From Roseibacillus sp. (GTDB lineage Bacteria > Verrucomicrobiota > Verrucomicrobiia > Verrucomicrobiales > Akkermansiaceae), in NCBI GenBank assembly GCA_051251855.1, contig JBPOGI010000007.1:160001-224000 (forward strand): a stretch of DNA of 64,000 bases, written 5' to 3'. Of the stretch, positions 35,642 to 44,191 are shown one piece after another. The notes under the pieces are model-generated. The model had not been told where the DNA came from. It did not search any database and saw only the letters and a list, made by a program, of their open reading frames with translations. Numbering within the stretch: the first letter of the stretch is position 1; each line of letters starts with the position of its first letter. The translations under genes and the position numbers were made by a program.

Positions 35642-36688
35642 ATGGCCCGCGGGAGAACGACCAGAACCTCCAAAAAACGAATCGACCTCAAAGCTCCTCG
35701 CAAACGGAGTAAAAAGGCTCGCAAGACCCCGCTGAGCAGGCGCCCCACCCTCCGCGAAGCCTTTCGCACCGCCGACCAAGTCGCCCGTGCCCGCTCCAAT
35801 CGTCGCGTTGCCGGTCGCAAAGGCCTCCGCACCATCCAGGCCTCCCTCGACATCCCCCTCCCCGAAATCGGTACCATCGACTTCGACGAACCCGAAGAGC
35901 ACGCCCTCTCCCTCCCCGACCGCGTGATTCGCTTCATCATTGGCCTTCTCCTCTTCATTCCCTGCGCCGTCACCACCATCACTCTCTTTCAACGAGTTTC
36001 GGAAACTCAGGAAAACTCCGAGACCCCGTTCATCAGCGAATTCTGGCATACCTCTGAATTTTTCTACTTCGCCATCGGCTGCGGCATCTGCGCCACTTGG
36101 CTCCTGAGCGGAGTTCTACGTAAAATTTGGCTCTATCTCTACGTGCTTGGCCATGAGCTCACCCACGTCCTCTTCATCTATCTCTCCTTTGGTAAGGTCT
36201 CCGGCTTCTCAGTTGGCCTTGATGGCGGATACGTCGTCACCAATAAGTCCAACGTACTCATCGCACTTTCGCCCTACTTTGTCCCCTTCTGGTCGCTCGT
36301 CGCCCTGCTCATTTTAGCACCGCTCAACCACTTCCTCCCCCTGATCCCAGGCTTTCCCGAGAGCCTCTTAAGCTATGATCAGTCCAGCCTCACCCCTGAG
36401 ACTCCCGACCTCCTCTATTACAACGAAGTTCTCTTCGCCGTCATCGGTGCCACCTGGCTCTTCCACCTCCTCTTCACCTGCTGGATGATTCCCCGCGACC
36501 AACCCGACCTCAAGGAGAACGAAACCTTCTTCTCCCTCATGCTCATCATCCTCGCCAACATTGTTCTTCTCTCCGGACTCCTCTGCTTCGCCTCCCCCGA
36601 CCTCGGCTGGCGCGACTTCGTCTACAATTGGTATAACAACTTCCTCGACCTCTTCTGGGAACCCATCAGCGTCCGGTTCTTGGATTGA
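35642..36688 (+). CDS. Membrane protein, M50-like zinc metalloprotease
   Basis: HELTH in a TM context, IALSPYF, QPDL; basic N-terminal extension. Confidence 0.65.
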   Translation: MARGRTTRTSKKRIDLKAPRKRSKKARKTPLSRRPTLREAFRTADQVARARSNRRVAGRKGLRTIQASLDIPLPEIGTIDFDEPEEHALSLPDRVIRFIIGLLLFIPCAVTTITLFQRVSETQENSETPFISEFWHTSEFFYFAIGCGICATWLLSGVLRKIWLYLYVLGHELTHVLFIYLSFGKVSGFSVGLDGGYVVTNKSNVLIALSPYFVPFWSLVALLILAPLNHFLPLIPGFPESLLSYDQSSLTPETPDLLYYNEVLFAVIGATWLFHLLFTCWMIPRDQPDLKENETFFSLMLIILANIVLLSGLLCFASPDLGWRDFVYNWYNNFLDLFWEPISVRFLD

Positions 36689-36887
36689 AGAACAAACCAG
36701 TTGCGCCAATCTAGAAAACTGCAGGTTAAGACTGCCCCAACAGCGTCTCTTTGCACGCGATTCATCAATCAACGCAGTCCTTATGGTTATCGCACCCTGC
36801 GGAAACACCATAAGGACTATTTTGGGTTCAGTATTGAAAAGGCCCTTGATGCCTAAGTCGAAATCAACACACTGTTCGGCTGAAAAC

Positions 36888-37355
36888 ATGAAGAGATTAG
36901 CGTTGGTTCTAGGGGTCGGGTGTTTGGCCGTGTCCCTTGTTTTTGTTGCTGGTAGGTCTTGCACCGCTGGCGATGCAGCAGATTCATACAGGCACTCTCC
37001 AAGCGAGGCTGCAGCCCGTTCCAACGAGGATCCATTGCTATCGAGGCTTATGGACATCGACTCGGAAACTAGAAGTGCGATGAGGAACTACAACCCTACT
37101 TTTACAGAATCTAGCCCCGATTTCCGCGCAGAATTCCATCGGAAACGAGATGAGATCGTTAACGCGTTCTGGGAAAATTGTGGTGAACTATACCAAGAGG
37201 GGTTTGACGCCCTCCAAGCGAACGAAGATCCCAAGGGCCAAGCCACTTTTATCCCAGAGTTCGAGAAGAAGTATCACAAGCTACTCAAGCTCCTAAAAGA
37301 GGCTTTGCAGGTCCTTCATGCAGAATTACTCGCTGAGTGGAAGAAGATTACTTAG
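36888..37355 (+). CDS. Hypothetical exported protein (cassette-like gene)
   Basis: ATG 7 nt after GTTCGGC; signal-like MKRLALVLGVGCLAVSLVFVAG. Confidence 0.6.
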   Translation: MKRLALVLGVGCLAVSLVFVAGRSCTAGDAADSYRHSPSEAAARSNEDPLLSRLMDIDSETRSAMRNYNPTFTESSPDFRAEFHRKRDEIVNAFWENCGELYQEGFDALQANEDPKGQATFIPEFEKKYHKLLKLLKEALQVLHAELLAEWKKIT

Positions 37356-37369
37356 AAACCCTCAGAACG

Positions 37370-37487
37370 GCCTAACAATACGAAGCGCCATATATCCGAC
37401 CGCGCTGGTGGATCGGAGAATTGACTAGAGGAGGAAACTTGTTAGAAGCGCTAAGACGGTCGGACTCGATATACTTAAGCGTTCTGC
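37370..37487 (+). repeat. attC-like site
   Basis: GCCTAAC ... TATATCCGACCG ... CGGTCGGACTCGATATA ... GTTCTGC imperfect inverted repeat directly after a gene. Confidence 0.55.
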
Positions 37488-37590
37488 TGAAAATAGTCCG
37501 CCCTAACAATCGAACGCGCGTTTCTCCTAGCTGTGATTGCGAATTGTTTTTTATTTTACGAGTGGCGTCACGTGATACAAATATTGCAAG

Positions 37591-37953
37591 ATGACTCGAC
37601 GCGGATCAAAGCAAAACATCTACCGAGAATCTCGCGACCGAAGAGGCCGTATCGAGAAGTTGATGGCCGAGGGATGGATTAAGGATCCTAGCGAGATTCC
37701 AGATTCTGCGGTGCCCGTGAATCCTCATCGTCTTAATTTGGGTGGTTCGTGGTCACGACCTACATTTTTCCAGAATGTTGATTTTACCTGTCGGGATTGT
37801 GGCGTGATTCAGATCTGGTTGGCGGAGGACCAAGCTTGGTATTACGAATCATTTGGAGCGCCATATTATTCCTCTGCTATTCGCTGCAGGTCTTGTCGTC
37901 TTGCTGAACGAGAAAGGAAAGCGAAAGCAAGGCAAAACGCTGGCCACGAATAG
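37591..37953 (+). CDS. Zinc-ribbon domain protein
   Basis: FTCRDCG...AEDQAWYYE...RCRSCR. Confidence 0.75.
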   Translation: MTRRGSKQNIYRESRDRRGRIEKLMAEGWIKDPSEIPDSAVPVNPHRLNLGGSWSRPTFFQNVDFTCRDCGVIQIWLAEDQAWYYESFGAPYYSSAIRCRSCRLAERERKAKARQNAGHE

Positions 37954-38095
37954 AAAATAACAAGACGCAGAACTAAAATTCAGCCCTTTCTAGAAAATCA
38001 GAAGTTGACCGGACAAATGTAGAGGGTAGAAACTGCGCCAGTGCTACTTCTTCCGGAACGAGCGCTTTAAAATACTCGACTAAAATTGAAAACCT

Positions 38096-38566
38096 ATGGA
38101 AGCCAAATTTGAACTCGCTAAGGAAATGATCATCATTCTGCTGGGGATGATTGGATTCTCGGAACCTAGTTCAAGGATCTCGATCCAAGAAGAACTGACG
38201 AGTCTTCCTGGTTACCGAGTGACTAGAACATATACCGCGGACGTAACAAAGGATGGCTACTTCGTCTTTTTCGGAGAAGGAGACAGCCGCATTTCAATGA
38301 TGGCAGTGACCCGAGGCGATTCTGATTACTCGTTCATAGTTTCTGAATTCGCAGAATCGGAAAATAAAAAGGACCAAGCATCAATTCGTGCTGAAATAGA
38401 CCTAACAAAGCTCTTTCCAACCGTTGAATTTGAAAAATTCATCGCGGGAGGAGAAGTGAGTATAGACGATGAAGAAGAGACGTTTAAGATCACTAAAAAT
38501 GAGGGCAACCTAGTTCTCACAAGTCCCGACGCTGAAGTGTTCACGTTTTCGATTGAGCAGGAATAG
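38096..38566 (+). CDS. Hypothetical protein
   Basis: 156-aa ORF, AT-richer than the flanks, hydrophobic N-terminus. Confidence 0.6.
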   Translation: MEAKFELAKEMIIILLGMIGFSEPSSRISIQEELTSLPGYRVTRTYTADVTKDGYFVFFGEGDSRISMMAVTRGDSDYSFIVSEFAESENKKDQASIRAEIDLTKLFPTVEFEKFIAGGEVSIDDEEETFKITKNEGNLVLTSPDAEVFTFSIEQE

Positions 38567-38586
38567 TTCGAACTGAATGTAGCACT

Positions 38587-39180
38587 GTGGAAAGAGCCAT
38601 GGAACCCAAATCCGAATCCGAATCCGAGCTTACTCTCGAAAGAAAGAGCCGAAAGCGGCTGATTGCGGATGTCCTTGGATGCTGTCTTTTTCTCTACGGA
38701 GTTCTAGCGTTTACAATACGCACCAATATCAGCACAGAACACACCACGACCTTCTACCCTGAACACTATTTAGAAAGCCCTAGACTCAAACCCGGTCTAA
38801 AGAGCGAGTTCATTTCACAGGGTCTCCCCTACCAATCAGAGACCACCAAAAGAATGGTGTTTCCAATCGATGGTGCTCTCGCCATCGGCGTGGGGATCTT
38901 GCTCATAATGTTCTATGGCCGCAATAAACCAAGGCCAGCACTTGATGGGATTGAGAATGAAGAGGACGGCTCTTCTCTTGTTAGAGTTGATAGCCCTCCG
39001 CCAGAGACACTCCCTCATTCCGAGGAGAAGCAGGAAGCAGTTCGAGAAGAATACATCAGTCTCGAGGAGCAAATTCAGAGAGAACCCGGATTTCAAAGTT
39101 GGCTCGAATCTCATCCCGATCTTGTTCACCGGGATGTCGTTGACCAAATCGCTTTATTCCGCGACTTCCAGTCCTGCTAA
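38587..39180 (+). CDS. Hypothetical membrane protein (2 TM)
   Basis: Two hydrophobic segments; start could be ATG 38599. Confidence 0.6.
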   Translation: MERAMEPKSESESELTLERKSRKRLIADVLGCCLFLYGVLAFTIRTNISTEHTTTFYPEHYLESPRLKPGLKSEFISQGLPYQSETTKRMVFPIDGALAIGVGILLIMFYGRNKPRPALDGIENEEDGSSLVRVDSPPPETLPHSEEKQEAVREEYISLEEQIQREPGFQSWLESHPDLVHRDVVDQIALFRDFQSC

Positions 39181-39217
39181 TAGGACAAGTGCCGCGAAGT
39201 ATCTGCTTCCATAGCAC

Positions 39218-41086
39218 TTAGGGCAACGCGACCACCACAATGCCATTCATGAGAGGATTGTTCGCTGAAGCGGCAACATCGATGTTGAGAATCCCGTCGC
39301 TCACCGAAATGGTGGCACTGTTTGTGTAGGCAACCCACTTCCCCCCTTCCTCAACAAGATCAAGGTCGTCGATCACAAGAGCACCTTCCACCGAGACATC
39401 AAAGACCCGAGCCCCCGAGGTCTCCCAGAAAGTTTCCGCGAATTGCAGTTGCACGAGGTAGCTGCCATTGGGCACGGGAACGGAATACCCCGTGAAGGTA
39501 TTATCTGCCGAGCGAGCCGAATTGTAGAGCAGATCATCGTTCGTTCGGGCAACAGGATTGCCGGGAAAGTTATCCACGCCCCCGCCGTTGAAAGATTGGT
39601 CCGCAAAATAGGAAATCCCCGTATCAGCTGCATAGACACCCCCTCCACAATTGATCGCGATTGAGACCGCAGCCGAATCAACAACCTCCACCGTGTGTAG
39701 GGCAGTCGCCGAACTCCCCCCACCCGTTGCGGTAAGCTGAAGCTGATAGGTCCCCGTCGCGGAAAAGGTCGCGGTCGTCTGGGCCGAAGAAGCTGAATCA
39801 AACATGACGGCCCCGGGACCACTCAGTTGAGTCCAAGTTTGACCAGTCGCATCGGTAACGACCCCTTCCAGCCACGCACTCCCCGCTAAAGTAACCAATG
39901 CATCACCAGATGCCAGAGCAGTGGGAACCGCTGGAGGAAGACCAGACGACACCTCTAAGCGGGTAAACCATCGCGAAGAATTTCCATCAGGAAGCACGCG
40001 GAGAGTCACTCTTTCACTCTCGTTGTCGCCAAAGGGTACAGAGCCAATCATTTCCACGAGAGAGGCTTCAGTTCTCCAATCACCTCCCTTCAAACCATCC
40101 TGCTGCTGAAGAGCAAAGCGATTATTACGCGCCACATAATCGAAGCCTGCCTGTCCTACTCCCCCTGACCATTGTCGATAGGAAATCTGAAAGTCTGCCT
40201 CCACTGAGAGACACTCAAATTGAAACCACTCCGGCGAGTTCCCATAGTCACGAGCGAGATAGCGCACAATCCGGCGCAGAATCTCTTCATTATCCCTCTT
40301 TGTGATGTCGGAACCATCTCCACCATTCCAAATCGGCTGTCGGTCAAAGAGAGCCATCACATTTCCCTCCTCTACCTCTGCCAACCCAATCGCCGCCCAA
40401 ATCGGATTAACTATCGTGACGCCCACGGGATCGATGGCGAGGTTTCCATTAGAAACACGATTAGCCGCCCCCAGAGAAATGAGCGCCATCGCTGGGCCAT
40501 TCGGCTCAATCGCGACAGGTGAAACGCCTTCGCCCTCAAAAACCGGTTGATCCCAGATTATGGGGTTCGACGAATCCGCGTCCGGCTCATAGGCCCGCGT
40601 TCCTCCCGCCTGATCAACGGCAACCTCCATGCCATAGTTTGCCAAAATCGAATTCACCGCTGCTTGTCCCGTCTGGTTCTTAATTCCCACTCCCGGACTA
40701 CCGAAAAACCCACCCGCTGCCGAATCTGAATACATCAGAATCCCCCCGCCCGCTTTAATCCAATCATCGAGGGCAGCTTGCTCCCCCACCGACCAAATCT
40801 TCTGATGAAGTCCAAAAATCACGACATCAAACGAGGCCAGAAAACCCGCGTTTAAAGTCGTAGCCTGATCATAATGCTGCGAAATCGAATAGCCCTGCGC
40901 CTCCACCAGAGACTTGAACTGCGAAAGTCCGGTATCACCCGTATCGGTGAGCAACATCTGGTCATAAGGAGCATTTTGGCCCGAAGGAACATCTCCATTC
41001 CCAGCAACATCACCATAGATGTAAGCGACAGATTTAGCCCCCTGAAGAGTGGAGAGGCCTAGAAGGAGGAGAAATAGGATTTTCAT
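39218..41086 (-). CDS. Secreted multidomain protein: GATase-like/DUF4350-like N-domain, PKD-like and malectin domains
   Basis: Signal MKILFLLLLGLSTLQG; WTQLSGPG...GTYQLQLTA (PKD-like); AINCGG...VQLQFAET...RVFDV (malectin). Confidence 0.8.
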   Translation of the reverse strand: MKILFLLLLGLSTLQGAKSVAYIYGDVAGNGDVPSGQNAPYDQMLLTDTGDTGLSQFKSLVEAQGYSISQHYDQATTLNAGFLASFDVVIFGLHQKIWSVGEQAALDDWIKAGGGILMYSDSAAGGFFGSPGVGIKNQTGQAAVNSILANYGMEVAVDQAGGTRAYEPDADSSNPIIWDQPVFEGEGVSPVAIEPNGPAMALISLGAANRVSNGNLAIDPVGVTIVNPIWAAIGLAEVEEGNVMALFDRQPIWNGGDGSDITKRDNEEILRRIVRYLARDYGNSPEWFQFECLSVEADFQISYRQWSGGVGQAGFDYVARNNRFALQQQDGLKGGDWRTEASLVEMIGSVPFGDNESERVTLRVLPDGNSSRWFTRLEVSSGLPPAVPTALASGDALVTLAGSAWLEGVVTDATGQTWTQLSGPGAVMFDSASSAQTTATFSATGTYQLQLTATGGGSSATALHTVEVVDSAAVSIAINCGGGVYAADTGISYFADQSFNGGGVDNFPGNPVARTNDDLLYNSARSADNTFTGYSVPVPNGSYLVQLQFAETFWETSGARVFDVSVEGALVIDDLDLVEEGGKWVAYTNSATISVSDGILNIDVAASANNPLMNGIVVVALP

Positions 41087-41288
41087 AAGACGAAAGGACA
41101 CTGAATGAGACAGAAGGAGAGCGCTACCTGTGAATTCTACTAGCTCCCGCCAAATAGGCTCATTTGCGGCCCTAAAATCCCGAATCCAGCCTCTAAAAAC
41201 TTCCCCATCAATCTTGACTCCCACGTTCTCTCATGATTAATCCTCTCCCCCGCGGCGTCGGTAACGTCGCAATCCACCTCGGACTCCC

Positions 41289-41600
41289 ATGAAAAAAGAA
41301 ATTCATCCCGATTATCATCCGGTCGTCTTCCACGATATGACCACCGGCAAGCGCTTCTTTACCCGTTCGACTGTCAAGACGGACAAAACCGAAGAAATCG
41401 ACGGCGTCGAGTACTTCGTCGTTTCTATGGGTATCACCTCTGACTCCCACCCGTTCTTCACTGGCAAAGCCCAGTTTGTCGACACCGAGGGTCGTATCGA
41501 CAAGTTTCAAAAGCGCTTTGGAACCACTCGCCGTGCGTCCAAGCCCAAGCTTGCCGCCAAGGTCGAGGAAGCTGCACCCGCAGCCACCGAGGAAGCCTAA
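41289..41600 (+). CDS. rpmE2: 50S ribosomal protein L31, type B
   Basis: MKKEIHPDY.PVVFHD, SDSHPFFTG, DTEGRIDKF; no Zn-binding Cys. Confidence 0.93.
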   Translation: MKKEIHPDYHPVVFHDMTTGKRFFTRSTVKTDKTEEIDGVEYFVVSMGITSDSHPFFTGKAQFVDTEGRIDKFQKRFGTTRRASKPKLAAKVEEAAPAATEEA

Positions 41601-41625
41601 GCTCCCTCCCCCTTATTCTTTTTCT

Positions 41626-41657
41626 AAAAAGCAGAGCCTCAACGCTCTGCTTTTTTT
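41626..41657 (+). terminator. Rho-independent terminator
   Basis: AAAAAGCAGAGC-CTCAAC-GCTCTGC followed by T7. Confidence 0.85.
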
Positions 41658-41823
41658 GTGCCCAAAATAGAACAGTTCATCCACCGCGGCCTCATTTTCA
41701 GAGGTTTCCATTGATCCAAAAAAGGGAGAACTTTTCCACGGATCTGAAACCCGTGTTAAGTTCTCCCCTCAGGAATAGAACGGTCCGTTCGTTGAGCCCC
41801 CTTAGACAGAGCTCACGAAAGAA

Positions 41824-43581
41824 CTAGAACGAAAACCCACCAGTAACACCAACATAGTGGCTTTGAGCAAGGTCACCGAGACGGGCTTCGTAGTCCACCC
41901 CGACACGGAATCCATTGTCGCCATAGAAGAAGACTCCGGCACCGAGCACAGCCAAATCTTCATCAACAGTTCCTAGATTGAGACCCGCAATGTCCGAGCC
42001 ATCGGCCTCGAACTCATGTTCCCAAGCCGCACGCAATTGAGGGACAACCACTCCACCTGCCACTGGCATAGGGTAGGAAGCTTGGTAACCCAATTGAGTC
42101 GCCACTGACTTGTAATCAACATCAGGGAAAGCAGTTCCCCCATTTTCAGTATAGGCATCAATCTCGCCGTCGAGATAGCGGAACTGAACTACCGGGCCAT
42201 GGACGAGTTGTCCGCTCTGGTAATTGAGGCCGCTGTTCAGCTCCAGCAGATAAGAATTTCCCTCTGTGTCCCCATTAATTCCACCTGCTCGGGAGGTTTC
42301 GTAGTCGTGGAATCCGAAACTGAAGAGCGCATCGGCGTATAAATCAGCAGCACCCAGCGCATTGCGCTTATAGTAGGAGAGATACGGAGTGAGAGAAAAA
42401 CCATCGATATCGATATCACTTACTCCAGACGCATCTGCCTCTGATGTAGCAGCTCCAAAGGCCAATCCAATGTTGAACTCAGGACTGAGATCATAGTCGA
42501 TTCCGATACTTCCACCGAAAGTCTGTAGGTTTGTGCCAGGATTAAAGACCACTGGAGTTGTTCCCACGACGCCCTCCTGCCGATCCTGCTCTTCAGAGAA
42601 ATAGTAAACCTGACCCCATACTTCCCAAGGACGGGTGTATTCTGTCGTTACAGGAGTAAAGGCCTGCTTAGCGAGACCTCCTTTGGCTCCAGCAGAATGA
42701 GTCGATGGACCCTGCACAACTCGGGTAATAGTCTCGTTGAGCCTGCTAGAACGCATTCTATAGAGACGAGCGCCCACATCGTTGGTCATGGAACGCGAGA
42801 GAGCGATGGAACTCGAGCGCAAAGAAGTCAGGAGCGCGCGCCGATTTACATCCTCCATGATCACCGTCAAAATCACCTCGTCAAAGAGTTCGGCCAGAAT
42901 GGCCGGAATCTCGTCCTCGATACTGGAAAGGTCACTGATGTCTTCAAGAACACCGCCAGGCACACTGGTAATGCTTCCTCCCTCTTCGCCGCAACTCAGG
43001 GTCGCGGACGTAATGGCAGTCGCCTGTCCTGTGGAATCGAGACTACTCAAATCAAGCGCAACCACTTGAACACAATTATCATTTAAAGCCTGGAGAGTAG
43101 CGTCGAGGGTTGTTCCGTCGCTGGCAGGATCGAGACCGGGAGCATCTCCAAACCAGAAAATAAAGCGGCGAGAATCACTACGCCAAGGGGTGTTTTCTGC
43201 AACCTCCCTGAGACCAAAAAGGTTATCCTCGGGAAAGTCTCCTCCTCCGTTTGCGGACCAAAGATCAATCCCGCTACTCACGACACTAGTATCCGAAGTC
43301 AAGATAGGACTTCCGGCATCAGTCACGTTATAACGAAAGCCGAAAGCGTCAGAATTACCATCGCGATACTCCCCAACCCCGAATTCCACTGCACCGCGTT
43401 CGGAGAGAGATGAGAGAATAGCATTACTTGAACTCTGAACGCCGCTGATGAGGCCACCCATACTTCCCGTAGTATCGGAAAGAAAGACGACATCTAAAGG
43501 TTGTTGGCCCATCAATTGACAAACTGAGAGACTGAGACTGCAGAGAGAGGCTGCTTTGAAGCCTGGAATGGTACTTTTCAT
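41824..43581 (-). CDS. Autotransporter with vWA passenger domain
   Basis: DVVFLSDTTGSM (MIDAS), GGGDFPE, FGDAP; barrel with AAWEHEF and C-terminal GGFSF. Confidence 0.85.
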   Translation of the reverse strand: MKSTIPGFKAASLCSLSLSVCQLMGQQPLDVVFLSDTTGSMGGLISGVQSSSNAILSSLSERGAVEFGVGEYRDGNSDAFGFRYNVTDAGSPILTSDTSVVSSGIDLWSANGGGDFPEDNLFGLREVAENTPWRSDSRRFIFWFGDAPGLDPASDGTTLDATLQALNDNCVQVVALDLSSLDSTGQATAITSATLSCGEEGGSITSVPGGVLEDISDLSSIEDEIPAILAELFDEVILTVIMEDVNRRALLTSLRSSSIALSRSMTNDVGARLYRMRSSRLNETITRVVQGPSTHSAGAKGGLAKQAFTPVTTEYTRPWEVWGQVYYFSEEQDRQEGVVGTTPVVFNPGTNLQTFGGSIGIDYDLSPEFNIGLAFGAATSEADASGVSDIDIDGFSLTPYLSYYKRNALGAADLYADALFSFGFHDYETSRAGGINGDTEGNSYLLELNSGLNYQSGQLVHGPVVQFRYLDGEIDAYTENGGTAFPDVDYKSVATQLGYQASYPMPVAGGVVVPQLRAAWEHEFEADGSDIAGLNLGTVDEDLAVLGAGVFFYGDNGFRVGVDYEARLGDLAQSHYVGVTGGFSF

Positions 43582-44191
43582 AAGTTGTTGTTGTTGTGTG
43601 TTCTTTCTCTCCTTATGGAAAAATCGAGCTCAAGAATGAAACGTATTACACAACCAAAAGTCAATATATAAACAGATCCCAAAGAACACAAAGCGTCTGC
43701 TGTGAACAGGAACCCTCAAAATAAATTAGATGAAATTAACCATCATACTCTTAAAAGTATATTTTGAGAACATCGCCCTACCCGATTGAGACTATAAAAT
43801 AGAAACTCATCACTAAAAGAGAAGGAGCCATCAGGAACTCCAACAAAGATTCCTAACATCCCCACGACACTTCATCGGTTCAGATGACAGAGAGAGTCAT
43901 CCCTTCTGTCAGTTCATGCACACTTTAAACTTTCCCTAACAAAATCACGCCCCCAGCTTTGGCTCCCTTGGAAAGGGAACTTCCAGTCTCAAACATTTGC
44001 GAACTCGTCGTCCAACTCATGAGCGATGCCGAGGTAGAGCTGGCTATCCGACACGCGAGCTTCCCTGACAACCTCGTCACGATCGCCAACACCAACGAGG
44101 CAACAGGACTCCCCATCGACCATCCTCCTCGCTAGCCTTTTGGCTAGAACATTTCTCTTTCACAGACGGGTAAAGCAACTCAACGTTTGGC

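Noticed and set aside
34682..36049. Long N-terminal extension of the 711-aa minus-strand ORF
   Set aside because: Antisense shadow of the ABC ATPase and M50-like genes; the real lipoprotein starts at ATG 34681 with SD and lipobox.
43600..44140. AT-rich intergenic region with a 38-codon ORF (MSDAEVELAIRH...)
   Set aside because: No recognisable RNA structure, repeat or protein similarity; probably divergent promoter DNA.
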